Shown here one piece after another: positions 10,085 to 21,594 of a stretch of 64,000 nucleotides of DNA. The DNA lies in contig CAVPHD010000004.1 in assembly GCA_963704165.1 (NCBI GenBank), positions 480,001-544,000 on the forward strand, in the 5' to 3' direction. Below the pieces are notes generated by a model. The model did no database searches. It saw only the letters and a list, made by a program, of their open reading frames with translations, and had not been told where the DNA came from. The translations under genes were made by a program, and so were the position numbers. Source of the stretch: an uncultured delta proteobacterium. Its GTDB lineage: Bacteria > Myxococcota_A > UBA9160 > SZUA-336. Position 1 is the first letter of the stretch, and each line of letters opens with the position of its first letter.

Positions 10085-12426
10085 TGCCGACCCGGCCCGT
10101 GAGCGTGGGCGAACGGATCAAGCGGCGCGAGGACCCGCGCCTGATTCGAGGCCTCGCGAGCTACACGGACGATCTGAAGCTCCACGGCGGGCTGCACGTC
10201 GCGTTCGTGCGCAGCGACTACGCCGCGGGAAGGATCGAGAAGATCGACGTCTCTCGAGCACTCGCGCGTCCCGGCGTGGTCGCGGTCTACACCTTCGACG
10301 ACCTGCGCGGCAAGGTCGGGCGCACGCCGTGCGTGGCGCGGCCCGATCCCGGACGCGACGCCGAGCATCCGCTGCTGGCCGACGGCGCGGTCCGCTGGGT
10401 CGGCCAGCCGATCGCGGTGGTGGTCGCGGAGGATCGCTACGTCGCGCGCGACGGCGCGCTCGACGTCTCGGTCGAGATCTCGCCGCGCCCCGCGATCGTC
10501 GATCCGAGAGCCGCGCTCGCGCCCGGCGCGGCGCGCGTCTACGAGGATCATGCCGACAACGTCGCGCTTCACGTGCCCGCCACCGGAAGCCCCGACGTGC
10601 AGAAGCTCTTTGCCGAGGCCGACGGGATCGTCCGGCTCGAGCTTCTCCACCAGCGGCTCGCGCCGGTCTCGATGGAAGGCCGCGCCGTGCTCGCGCACTG
10701 GGACGAGGGACCGCAGCGGCTCACGCTCTGGACCTCGACGCAGGTTCCGCACCTGGTGAAGCAGTCCGTCGCGCAGTGCCTGGGGCTGTCCGAGATCCGG
10801 ATCCGCGTGATCGCGCCGGAGGTCGGCGGGGGATTCGGCGCCAAGATCCCCGTCTACGCCGAAGAGTGTCTCTTGCCGTGGATCTCGCGGGAGCTCCGGC
10901 GCCCGGTGAAGTGGTCCGAGACGCGCACCGAGAACCTGCTCGGCACCACGCACGGCCGCGGCCACGTCCACGAGATCGAGGCGGCCTACCGCAAGAACGG
11001 GGAGCTGCTCGCGATTCGCGGACGCGTGATCTCCGACGTCGGCGCGTATCCGTCGTTCTTCGGCGCGAGCATCGCGACCTTCACGCCGCTGATGATGCCG
11101 GGCTGCTATCGCCCGAAGGCGCTCGATGTCGAAGTCGTCTGCGTCTACACGAACACGATGGCCACCGACGCCTATCGCGGCGCGGGAAGACCCGAAGCCG
11201 CCTACACCATCGAGCGTGTGCTCGACGAGATCGCGGTCGCGACGGGGATCGATCCGGTCGAGGTGCGGCGCCGGAACTTCATCCCCAAGGACGCGTTTCC
11301 GTTCACGACGGTGACCGGCGCGATCTACGACTCGGGCGACTACGAGCTCGCGCTCGCGAAGGCGCTCGAGCGCTTCGACTATGCGGGCGCGCGTGCGCGC
11401 CAGAAGCAGGCGCGCGAGGCGGGGAGGCTCGTCGGCATCGGCGTGTCGACGTTCACCGAGATCTGCGGTCTCGGTCCGAGCACGGGCGCGTCGCCGATCC
11501 AGCGCACCGGCAGCTGGGAGAGCGGTGTCGTGCGCGTCGAGCCGACCGGAAACGTCGTGATCACGACGGGGATCTCGCCGCATGGCCAGGGTCAGGAGAC
11601 GGCCTTCGCGCAGATGGCGGCCGACGCGTTCGGAATCGACCTGAACGACGTCGAGGTCCTGCACGGCGACACGGATGTGGTCACGCACGGCGTCGGCACG
11701 TTCGGAAGCCGCGGCCTCGTCGTCGGCGGCACGGCCGTGCACATGGCGCTCGAGAAGGTGAGGGCGAAGGCGTCGCGGATCGCCGCGCACCTGCTCGACG
11801 CGAAGCCCGAGCAGGTCAGCTTCGACGGCGAGTCGTTCCGCGTCGCGGGCAGCGAGCGGACGATGACGTTCCGCCAGGTCGCCGAGGCCGCACACCTCTG
11901 GAACGTGCCGATCCCCGGCGAGGAGCCCGGCCTCGAGGCGGTCGCGCGCTTCGAGCCCACCGGGACGACGTTTCCGTTCGGCGCGCACTTCTGCGAAGTC
12001 GAGATCGATCCCGACACCGGTGAGCTCGCGCTCACGCGTTACGTCGCGGTCGATGACGCGGGCAGGATCGTGAACCCGCTTCTCGCCGACGGGCAGCGGC
12101 TCGGCGGGATCGTCCAGGGACTCGGTCAGGCGATCTGCGAAGAGGTCGTCTACGACGAGAGCGGGCAGCTCTTGACCGCGACGCTGATGGACTACGCGAT
12201 GCCCAAGGCGCACATGTTCCCGCGCATCGAGCTCGATTCGACCTGCACGCCCACCCACCTGAATCCGCTCGGCGCGAAGGGCATCGGCGAGCTCGGAACG
12301 ATCGGCTCGACGCCATGCCTCGTCTCGGCCGTCCTCGACGCGCTTCGTCCGCGCGGCGTGACTCACCTCGACATGCCGCTGAAACCCGAGCGCATCTGGC
12401 GCGCGCTGCAAGAGGCCGCGCGATGA
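10084..12426 (+). CDS. coxL: Xanthine-oxidase-family molybdopterin large subunit, form II CoxL-like
   Basis: REDPRL, VGGGFGAK, active-site loop AYRGAGRPE, GTFGSR and GAKGIGE; GTG start overlaps the coxS stop. Confidence 0.92.
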   Translation: MPTRPVSVGERIKRREDPRLIRGLASYTDDLKLHGGLHVAFVRSDYAAGRIEKIDVSRALARPGVVAVYTFDDLRGKVGRTPCVARPDPGRDAEHPLLADGAVRWVGQPIAVVVAEDRYVARDGALDVSVEISPRPAIVDPRAALAPGAARVYEDHADNVALHVPATGSPDVQKLFAEADGIVRLELLHQRLAPVSMEGRAVLAHWDEGPQRLTLWTSTQVPHLVKQSVAQCLGLSEIRIRVIAPEVGGGFGAKIPVYAEECLLPWISRELRRPVKWSETRTENLLGTTHGRGHVHEIEAAYRKNGELLAIRGRVISDVGAYPSFFGASIATFTPLMMPGCYRPKALDVEVVCVYTNTMATDAYRGAGRPEAAYTIERVLDEIAVATGIDPVEVRRRNFIPKDAFPFTTVTGAIYDSGDYELALAKALERFDYAGARARQKQAREAGRLVGIGVSTFTEICGLGPSTGASPIQRTGSWESGVVRVEPTGNVVITTGISPHGQGQETAFAQMAADAFGIDLNDVEVLHGDTDVVTHGVGTFGSRGLVVGGTAVHMALEKVRAKASRIAAHLLDAKPEQVSFDGESFRVAGSERTMTFRQVAEAAHLWNVPIPGEEPGLEAVARFEPTGTTFPFGAHFCEVEIDPDTGELALTRYVAVDDAGRIVNPLLADGQRLGGIVQGLGQAICEEVVYDESGQLLTATLMDYAMPKAHMFPRIELDSTCTPTHLNPLGAKGIGELGTIGSTPCLVSAVLDALRPRGVTHLDMPLKPERIWRALQEAAR

Positions 12427-13283
12427 TCCCGGAGAGCTTCGAGTACTTCGCGCCGAAGAGCCTGAAGGAGGCGATCGAGCTGGTCGCCCGGAACCCGGGC
12501 GCGAAGCTGCTCGGCGGGGGCATGAGCCTGATCCCGGCGCTGAAGCACCGGTTGGCCTCGGCGTCCGCGCTCGTCGATCTCGGCCGCGTGCCGGATCTCG
12601 AGAGCGTGTCCGAGAAGCGCGGCCGGATCGCGATCGGCGGCCGCGCGACCCACCGCGCGCTCGCGTGCGCCGAGGGACTCGAAGACGTGCACGTGATCGC
12701 GGAAACCGCCGGCGCCGTCGGCGACGTTCAGGTGCGAAATCGCGGCACGATCGGCGGAAGCCTCGTCCACGCCGATCCGGCGGCGGACTGGCCCGCCGCG
12801 TTCCTCGCGCTCGACGGCGAAGCGGTCGTCGTCGGGCCGAAGGGCGAGCGCGAGATCCCGGCCGCGCAGTTCTTCACGGGAATGCTGGCCTCGGCGCCGC
12901 GTCGCGACGAGGTGTTGACCGAGGTCCGGTTCGTCGTCGAGCGCAAGCGCGCCGGAACCGCCTACGCAAAAATGCGGCAGCTGGCGTCGGGTTTCGCGAT
13001 CGTCGGCGTGGCCGCCCAGGTCACCCTGGACCGAAAGGGCAGGATCGATCGCGCGTCGGTCGGCGTGACGGGCGTGAATCCGGTGCCGTTCCGCGCGGGG
13101 GCGCTCGAACGGCGCCTCGAGGGCGCGATGCCGGAGGCCGCGACGCTGCGTCCGCTCTGCGCGCGCATCGACGAGGCGGATCCGATGACGGATCTGCACG
13201 CGTCCGCCGAGTACCGCGCGCATCTCGCCGGGGTGTTCGCGTTTCGCGCACTCGTCGCCGCGTGCGGGCGAGCGGCCTCGTGA
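12423..13283 (+). CDS. coxM: Molybdenum hydroxylase FAD-binding medium subunit
   Basis: FEYFAPKS, LGGGMSLIP, QVRNRGTIGGS and HADPAAD. Confidence 0.92.
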   Translation: MIPESFEYFAPKSLKEAIELVARNPGAKLLGGGMSLIPALKHRLASASALVDLGRVPDLESVSEKRGRIAIGGRATHRALACAEGLEDVHVIAETAGAVGDVQVRNRGTIGGSLVHADPAADWPAAFLALDGEAVVVGPKGEREIPAAQFFTGMLASAPRRDEVLTEVRFVVERKRAGTAYAKMRQLASGFAIVGVAAQVTLDRKGRIDRASVGVTGVNPVPFRAGALERRLEGAMPEAATLRPLCARIDEADPMTDLHASAEYRAHLAGVFAFRALVAACGRAAS

Positions 13284-13825
13284 AGCTCGAAGGGCGGCAG
13301 GTGATCGAAGTCCCGCTGGCCACGGCCTGGGACCGCATCGTAGACCCGCGCGTTCTGCGCGCCTGCACGCCGGGGCTCGAGAAGCTCGAGGCGCGCGACG
13401 CCGACCACTACGACGCGCTGCTCGAGGTACGCCTGCCCGCGCTGACCGGACGCTTCGAGGGCACGATCGAGTATCTCGAGCGCGTCCCGCGCGAGCGACT
13501 GCGCCTGCGGCTCTCGGGCAAGGGACCGGTCGGCTTCGTCGACGGCGAGGTCACGCTCTCCCTCTCCGAGCTCGACGAGGGCACGAGCCTCCACTACGCC
13601 GCGGACGTGCAGATCGGCGGGCAGATCGCGCGGCTGGGCCAGCGCATGATCTCGGGGGTCACGCGCGAGATGGCCGACCAGTTCTTCTCGGCCCTCGAAC
13701 GCTGGCGTCCCGAAGCGCCCGAGGAGAAGGTCGTCGCTCCGCCCGCGCGCTCGTTCATCCAACTGCTCTGGCGCACGATCCTGCGCCTGCTCGGCCTGCG
13801 CCGGGACGACACCGCGCCTTCGTGA
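13280..13825 (+). CDS. coxG: CoxG (SRPBCC) protein
   Basis: DPRVLRACTPG and ADVQIGGQIARLGQRMI; amphipathic C-terminal tail. Confidence 0.88.
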   Translation: MKLEGRQVIEVPLATAWDRIVDPRVLRACTPGLEKLEARDADHYDALLEVRLPALTGRFEGTIEYLERVPRERLRLRLSGKGPVGFVDGEVTLSLSELDEGTSLHYAADVQIGGQIARLGQRMISGVTREMADQFFSALERWRPEAPEEKVVAPPARSFIQLLWRTILRLLGLRRDDTAPS

Positions 13826-14413
13826 TCGAGGCCTGCGTGCTCGCGGCCGGGCGCGGGTCGCGCATGGGCGGCGCGAAGCACCTGCTCGAGGTCGACGGAG
13901 CTCCGCTGCTCGAGCGCGTGCTGAGAGCTCTCGCGGGGACGAGCGCCGCGCGCGTGTACGTGGTGCTCGCGTCCGGCGACACGTCCGGCCGCGCGCTGGT
14001 CGAACGGCTCGGCGCGACGCCGCTCGAGGCCGAGAACCCGGACGAGGGCCGGGCGGCCTCGGTGCGTGCGGCCGTGCGCGCGGTCTCGTCCGACGCGGCG
14101 AGCCTCTTGATCGCGCTGGCCGATCAGCCGTTTCTCGAATCCGCAGACTTCGAAGCGCTGATCGCCGAGCACGCGCGTGCGCCGCGGGCGATCGTCCGCT
14201 CGCGCTACGCGGGCGAGCCCGGGTCCCCTGTCTCTGTTTCCCCGGCAGCAATTCGCGGCGCTCCTCGCCCTTCGCGGTCGCGAGGGCGGGCGGAGCGTGA
14301 TCGCGAGCCGCCCGGACTCCGTCCGCTTCGTCGACCTCGACCCCGCGCACGGCCGCGACCTCGACCGGCCGGAGGATTTGCCGAGTCGAGACGTCCGGCT
14401 ACCCTGCCGCGCC
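13822..14413 (+). CDS. mocA: Molybdenum cofactor cytidylyltransferase MocA-like (apparent +1 frameshift near 14233; corrected frame has no stop before ndk)
   Basis: [21 protein letters not shown][LF], GREGGR and DLDRPEDL. Confidence 0.8.
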
Positions 14414-14833
14414 ATGGAAAGAACCTTTTCGATCGTGAAGCCCGATGCCGTCCGCGTGAACAAGACCGGTGCGATCCTCGCCATGATCGAGGGCGCCGGT
14501 CTCAAGATCGTGGGCACGAAGATGATCCAGCTCGACCCGGCCAAGGCCGAGGGCTTCTACGCGGTGCACAAGGAGCGCCCGTTCTTCGCGAGCCTGGTCA
14601 AGTTCATGACCTCGGGACCGGTCGTCGTGTCCGTGCTCGAGGGCGACGACGCGATCGCGCGCTACCGGAAGCTGATGGGCGCGACCGATCCCGCGAAGGC
14701 CGACGCCGGCACGATCCGCAAGCTCCACGCGACCAACATCGAGCAGAACGCCGTGCACGGCTCCGACGCGCCCGAAACCGCCAAGGTCGAGATCGCGTAC
14801 TTCTTTTCGGAGACGGAGCTGGTCAGGCGCTAG
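14414..14833 (+). CDS. ndk: Nucleoside diphosphate kinase
   Basis: [21 protein letters not shown] and NAVHGSD. Confidence 0.97.
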   Translation: MERTFSIVKPDAVRVNKTGAILAMIEGAGLKIVGTKMIQLDPAKAEGFYAVHKERPFFASLVKFMTSGPVVVSVLEGDDAIARYRKLMGATDPAKADAGTIRKLHATNIEQNAVHGSDAPETAKVEIAYFFSETELVRR

Positions 14834-14848
14834 CGCGCGATTGGCCCG

Positions 14849-14965
14849 TCACGTGTACCCGATCGCGATCAGCGCCATGACCACCAGGTAGGACGTGACC
14901 AGGATCAGGTTCCGGCGCAGCGCGCCGTTCGACTCCGACTTCGATTCCGCGGCTTCCATGTCCAT
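14849..14965 (-). CDS. Small single-pass membrane protein (36-38 aa), not in the ORF track
   Basis: MDMEAAESKSESNGALRRNLILVTSYLVVMALIAIGYT*; GAAGGGG SD upstream of the second ATG (14959); GC3-rich codons. Confidence 0.55.
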   Translation of the reverse strand: MDMEAAESKSESNGALRRNLILVTSYLVVMALIAIGYT

Positions 14966-14991
14966 CCCCTTCGGTAAGCTCGCGGCGTCGG

Positions 14992-16056
14992 CTATAGACC
15001 GACGGCCTCATCGGACGCGATCGGCGCGAGCAACCGGTCGAAGTGATCGGCCGCGCGCGACATCGTCCACCAGAAGAACGGGAAGACCGAGTAGTGACCG
15101 CAGGGGAGCTTGTACCAGCGCGGTCTCCCGAGGGCTTCCCAGAGCAGTTGCGCGTTCGCAGCCGGAATCACCGCGTCGAAGCGGCCGGTCGCCATCTCGA
15201 GAGCGCTCGGATCCAGGGACGCGGCGTAGGTCAGCGGGTCGACCGACTCCGTGTACGAGCGGATTCCCACCTTGAACTGCTCGCGCGTAGTCCAGCCGCG
15301 CTCGGCCATCAGGCGGTCGCGGAAGCGGCGCACGGCGCCCTCCGTGGATTCCCAGAAGATGTCCGGGAGATCTGCGCCCGCGAGGGCGTAGAAGCCGCCG
15401 CGGATCCGTGAGTCGCAGCTCGTGAGCAAGAGCGCCTGGATCGCGCCGAGACTCAAGCCCGCGGTGCCGATCCGGCTCGAATCCACCTTGGGGTGAGTCA
15501 CGAGCCAATCGAGCAGACGGCGGGCATCGATCACGCCCTCGCGGAGGGTCGCGCGCACGACGTCCGGGTCCGACTGCTTGTCGAGGTCGAGCGCGCGCCG
15601 GTCGAGGCGGGCCACCGCGTAGCCGCGATTGACCAGCGCCTTGGCCATGCCCTCCGAGACGTCCTGTGGACCCGCGAGGATCTCGAACGCGACGACCGTG
15701 GGGTGCGGACCGGGGCCCGGCGGGACGAGCAGATGGCCGATGCGGTCCTCGCCGGCCTCGTCCTTCAACACGATCCGGAACGCCCGGTAGTCGCGCGCGT
15801 GGAAGAGGGTGTAGAGGTCGAGCACCCAGCTCTGCTCCACGGTGAGCCCCTCGGGCTGGATCTTGACCGTCTCGGGGTCGAGCGGCCGGTAGTCGAACGT
15901 GCCCATGGGTGTGATCGAGCGACCCATCGGCGCGGGCCGTGGGGCGTCGCTCGGTCCGGTCGTCCAGGTGCAGGCACTCGGACCCGCCACGAGGAGGGCG
16001 AGCAGGGCAACCGGACCGAGCGCGCGCCGGCGCTCGGGGCTACGGGAAGCGGTCAA
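14992..16056 (-). CDS. Alpha/beta hydrolase, probable lipoprotein
   Basis: Signal peptide ending PSAC, nucleophile GLSLG, GRFDAVIP and CGHY. Confidence 0.8.
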   Translation of the reverse strand: MTASRSPERRRALGPVALLALLVAGPSACTWTTGPSDAPRPAPMGRSITPMGTFDYRPLDPETVKIQPEGLTVEQSWVLDLYTLFHARDYRAFRIVLKDEAGEDRIGHLLVPPGPGPHPTVVAFEILAGPQDVSEGMAKALVNRGYAVARLDRRALDLDKQSDPDVVRATLREGVIDARRLLDWLVTHPKVDSSRIGTAGLSLGAIQALLLTSCDSRIRGGFYALAGADLPDIFWESTEGAVRRFRDRLMAERGWTTREQFKVGIRSYTESVDPLTYAASLDPSALEMATGRFDAVIPAANAQLLWEALGRPRWYKLPCGHYSVFPFFWWTMSRAADHFDRLLAPIASDEAVGL

Positions 16057-16064
16057 TGGAACGA

Positions 16065-17240
16065 TCAGTCCGCGTCGCGCCTCCGGCGGATGAAGGTCGG
16101 CACGTCGTCCTCGTCGTCGAAGGGCGAGAGGAAGTCGTTGTTCGTGCCATTGGCCTCGAAGACCTGCTGACGCGGGGGCGCGTAGCTCGCGTCCGTCAGG
16201 CTCTCCGCCGTCTGTGCCTCGCGCAGCGGAAGTCGCAGCGGAGTCACGTTGTCGAAGCCCTCCATGACCGGGGCGGGACGGCGAGCACGGCTGGTGTCGG
16301 AGAGACCCGTCGCGATGACGGTGACTCGGATCTCGTCGCCGAGGTTCTCCTGCACGACCGAGCCGAAGATGATGTTCGCCTCTTCGTGCGCCTCCTCGTG
16401 GATCAGGCTGACCGCCTCGTGAGCCTCTTTCAGCTTCATGTCGGGGCCGCCGGTGATGTTCACCAGCACGCCACGCGCACCCTTGATCGAGACCTCGTCG
16501 AGGAGCGGGTTCGAGATCGCGTCCTGAGCGGCTCGGAGGGCGCGGTTCTCGCCGCGTGCGCGGCCCGTGCCCATCAGCGCCATTCCCATCTCGCTCATGA
16601 TCGTGCGCACGTCCGCGAAGTCGAGATTGATGATGCCGTGGACGGTGATCAGATCGGAGATGCCCTGGACCGCGTTCAGCAGCACGTCGTCGGCGATCCG
16701 GAACGCGTCCGTCATCGTCGTGTCTTCGCCGGCCATCAGCAGGAGCCGCTCGTTCGGAATCGTGATCAGCGTATCCACGACGTCGTGGAGCGAGTCGATG
16801 CCCTGTTCGGCCTGCCGCTTGCGAACCGCGCCCTCGAACACGAACGGCTTGGTGACGACCGCGACCGTGAGCGCACCGAGCTCCTTCGCGACCTCGGCCA
16901 CGATCGGCGCGCCGCCGGTCCCCGTACCGCCGCCGAGGCCGGCCGTCACGAACACCATGTCGGCACCGGCCAGCGCTTCCGCCAGACGCTCGCGCGATTC
17001 TTCCGCCGAAACGCGTCCCATGCGCGGGTCGGCACCCGCTCCGAGGCCACGTTCACCGAGGTGGATCTTCGTCGCGGCCAGGTTCATCGCCAGCGCCTGT
17101 GCGTCGGTGTTGGTCGCGACGAAGTCCACACCGGAGAGCCCGGCGCGAATCATCGTGTTGATCGCGTTTCCACCACCACCTCCGACGCCCACGACCTTGA
17201 TGCGCGCGCGGAGATCCGTCTCATGCTCGAATTCGATCAT
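16065..17240 (-). CDS. ftsZ: Cell division protein FtsZ
   Basis: [26 protein letters not shown] and C-terminal DVPTFIRR. Confidence 0.98.
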   Translation of the reverse strand: MIEFEHETDLRARIKVVGVGGGGGNAINTMIRAGLSGVDFVATNTDAQALAMNLAATKIHLGERGLGAGADPRMGRVSAEESRERLAEALAGADMVFVTAGLGGGTGTGGAPIVAEVAKELGALTVAVVTKPFVFEGAVRKRQAEQGIDSLHDVVDTLITIPNERLLLMAGEDTTMTDAFRIADDVLLNAVQGISDLITVHGIINLDFADVRTIMSEMGMALMGTGRARGENRALRAAQDAISNPLLDEVSIKGARGVLVNITGGPDMKLKEAHEAVSLIHEEAHEEANIIFGSVVQENLGDEIRVTVIATGLSDTSRARRPAPVMEGFDNVTPLRLPLREAQTAESLTDASYAPPRQQVFEANGTNNDFLSPFDDEDDVPTFIRRRRDAD

Positions 17241-17342
17241 CTCAACCCCCCCTGATCGCGGTCTCACTGTAACTCGCTTTCACGAGATCCGGTGGTACCT
17301 GCCTTGTTTTTCTTCGCTCATCTTCGGCGTGCCGCACCGTCA

Positions 17343-18555
<1,213 letters not shown>

Positions 18556-18572
<17 letters not shown>

Positions 18573-19305
18573 TGCCACCCCCTGTCGATTTCGGAATGCC
18601 CCGCAGCACCGGACTTCCCCGGAACCGCAGATCCACTTCACCCGCGCCGGTGCTCTCCACCAGCCCCGAGTTCGCGAGCTGCTGCCAATCGGCCAGCGCC
18701 GCGTCTTGATTCCTTCCGAGCACGAGCACCGTCGGCCGGCCCACCGCCCGGACGCGCACCTCGCGGGATCTCGGCGCGTCCACGGTTGCGAGCTCCACCC
18801 CGCGATTGCGCGCGGCGGCGATGACCGGCAACGCGCGTCGGGCCTCACCCGAGACCTGCGGCAGGAGCTCGGCTTCGCCCTTCACGAGCGGGAAGCGGGC
18901 ACCGCTCTCCGAGAGTCCGAGGCCGGAGGACATCTCGAGCGCGACCGGCACGCGTTCGGAGATCCCGATCACGAGTCGCCCCGGAAGGACCCGCGCGACT
19001 CGCACGCGCGCGATTCTCGGATGGGCCGCGAGTGCGCTCGCGACGACGTCGGGATCGACGTCGATCAGCGCCGTGCCGGCCGCGATCCCGACGGAATTCC
19101 AGAGGGTCGCGGCATCGAGCGAGGAGGTGCCGACGAAGTCGACCTGCCGGAGCGCGAAGCGCTCGCTCCGAAGGCCCTGACGGAGGGCGCTCGGGTCGAG
19201 AAAGCCGTGGTGCTGCGCCCAGAGCGCCGCGAAGCCGATCGAGACGAGCGCGAGGATGAAGACGAGCGGGCGTGGCAGGGAGCTCGAGTCGCGTTTGCGC
19301 GTCAT
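18556..19305 (-). CDS. ftsQ: Cell division protein FtsQ/DivIB
   Basis: N-terminal TM, POTRA-like HPRIARVRVARVLPGRLVIGISER and C-terminal VDLRF; position in the dcw cluster. Confidence 0.88.
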
Positions 19306-20221
19306 GGTTCCTCTCCGCAGATCCGAACCTCGGTTTCGAGCGCGACGCCGAACTGCGTCGAGACGGCGACACGAGCGCGCTCGATCAGCCGCAGCACCTG
19401 CGCGGCCGTCGCGCCGCCGCGATTCACGATGAAGTTCGCGTGCAGGTCGGAAATCATCGCGTCTCCGTCGCGCGCGCCCTTCAGACCCGCGGCCTCGATC
19501 AATCGGCCCGCGTAGTCGCCGGGAGGGTTCTTGAAGACCGAGCCGCACGAGGGCTGATCGACCGGCTGCGTGGCGCGGCGCTGCGCGAGCTGCGACTTCT
19601 GCCGCTCGCGGATCTCGCCCGAATCCGCGGAGCCGGTCCGGAACGTCGCGGACAGCACCACCGCGCCCGCCGGGAGCTCCGTGGCGCGATAGCGGAACAC
19701 GAGCTCCTCGCGCGCGCGCGAGACGATCGCCGAGCGCTCCGGCTCGAAGAGCTCGACGGAGACCACCAGGTCCTTCATCTCGCGGCCGTGGACGCCGGCG
19801 TTCATCGCGATCCAGCCTCCGACGGTACCGGGAATGCCGACCGCGAACTCGAGACCCGTGCGGGCGCGTTCCGCGCAGAACCGCGTGATCTGGGTGTGCG
19901 TGACGCCGGCTTCCGCGCGCACGAGCCCGTCCGGGCCGAGCTCGATCCCGCGTAGCCCCGCGAGCCGCACGACCACGCCGCGTAGGCCGCCGTCTCGAAC
20001 CAGGCTGTTGAAGCCGCCGCCGAGGACCGTGAGCGCGAAGCGCGTGCGCGCGGCAGAAGTCGAGCACGCGCGCGAGCTCTTCGCGCGTGTCGACGCGAAC
20101 GAGCGCGTCGGCCGGGCCTCCGACGCGAAGCGAGGTCCAGTGCGCGAGGGGCTCGTCGAAAACCACCCGTCCGGGAAGGAGCGCTTCGGAGCTCGGTGCG
20201 AATCTGCGGGTCAAGTGACAG
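19302..20221 (-). CDS. murB: UDP-N-acetylenolpyruvoylglucosamine reductase (two apparent +1 frameshifts near 20188 and 20038)
   Basis: TSLRVGGPAD, LGGGFNSLV, GIPGTVGG.IAMNAG, SCGSVFKNP, HANFIVN and LETEV. Confidence 0.92.
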
Positions 20222-21594
20222 GGCCCCCTCCGTCCGGCGCCAGGAAATCGCCGGCGAGCCGGCCGATGTCACCGGCGCCCATGAAGAAGACGAGATCGCC
20301 CGGGCGCGTGATCTCGCGCAGGCGGGGCACGAGCTGCGCGCGCTCGGGCACGAACTCGACGCCGCGATGACCGCACGCGCGCACGGCCTCGGCGAGGCCC
20401 GCGGCCGAGATGCCGGGGATCTTGTCCTCGCCGGCGGCGTAGATCTCGGTGAGCAGCACGACGTCGGCGTCGTGAAATGCGCGCGCGAGCTCGTCGAAGA
20501 CGTCGCGCGTGCGGGTGTACCGATGCGGCTGGAACGCGACGACCACGCGTCGGGAGAGGCCGGCGCGCGCGGCCGCGAGCGCCGCGCGGATCTTCGCGGG
20601 GTGATGCGAGTAGTCGTCGATCACCATCACTGCCGTCGCGCTCGCCGAGAATCTCGAAGCGGCGCTCGACGCCGCGGAATTCCGCGAGCGCCTCGGCGAT
20701 GCGCGCGACCGGAACGTCGAACTCCAGCCCTACGGTGAGCGCGGCCAGTGCGTTCTGGACGTTGTGCCGGCCCGGTACGCGCAGCGAAAAGGCTCCGAGC
20801 GACGTGCCGCGGGCGCGCGCCTCGAAGCGCATGCCCAATCCCGCCGTCTCGATGCGCTCGGCCGTGACGTCGGCCTGGGGCGAGAGGCCGTACGTCCAGA
20901 CCCGTCGCGTGACCTGTGGCAGGAGCGTCTGCACGTGCGGATCGTCGATGCACAGCACGGTCGCGCCGTAGAACGGCACGCGATTGGCGAACTCGACGAA
21001 CGCCGCGTGCAGGTTCTCGAAGCTCCCGTAGTGGTCGACGTGGTCGCGGTCGATGTTCGTGATCACGACCACGGTCGGCACGAGCCGCAGGAACGAGCCG
21101 TCGCTCTCGTCCGCCTCCGCGACCAGCACCTCACCCGCGCCCAGACGCGAGTTCGCGTCGAGGCTGATCACGCGCCCGCCGACGATCGTGGTCGGATCGA
21201 GCCCGCCGGCGGCGAGCACCTCGGCGGTCATCGACGTGGTGGTCGTCTTGCCGGCCGAGCCGCCGATCGCCACGCCGTACTTCATCCGCATCAGCTCGGC
21301 GAGCATCTCGGCGCGCGGAATCACCGGAATTCCCGCGGCCTCGGCCGCGCGCAGCTCCGGGTTCGTGCGCGGAACGGCCGACGAGTAGACGACCACGTTC
21401 GCGCCCGTGACGAGCGCCGCGTCGTGGCCGATCGCAATCCGGATGCCGAGCCCGCGCATGCGCCCGGTCGCGGCGCTCTCGCGCAGGTCGGATCCCGAGA
21501 CCGAGTAGCCCTGCGTGTTCAGGATCTCGGCGATCCCCGACATGCCGACGCCGCCGATGCCGACGAAGTGGACGCGCTGGACCCGGCGCCTCAT
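20211..21594 (-). CDS. murC: UDP-N-acetylmuramate--L-alanine ligase (apparent +1 frameshift near 20631)
   Basis: HFVGIGGVGMSG, GKTTTTS, EADESDGSF, then DDYSHHP and FQPHRYTRT in the shifted frame. Confidence 0.95.

Noticed and set aside
10084..12426. Aerobic CO oxidation (form I CODH)
   Set aside because: Active-site loop is AYRGAGR, not AYxCSFR, and gene order is SLM
19302..21594. murB and murC as pseudogenes, i.e. loss of the cell wall
   Set aside because: Single-base insertions only; all motifs are intact and the rest of the dcw cluster is intact
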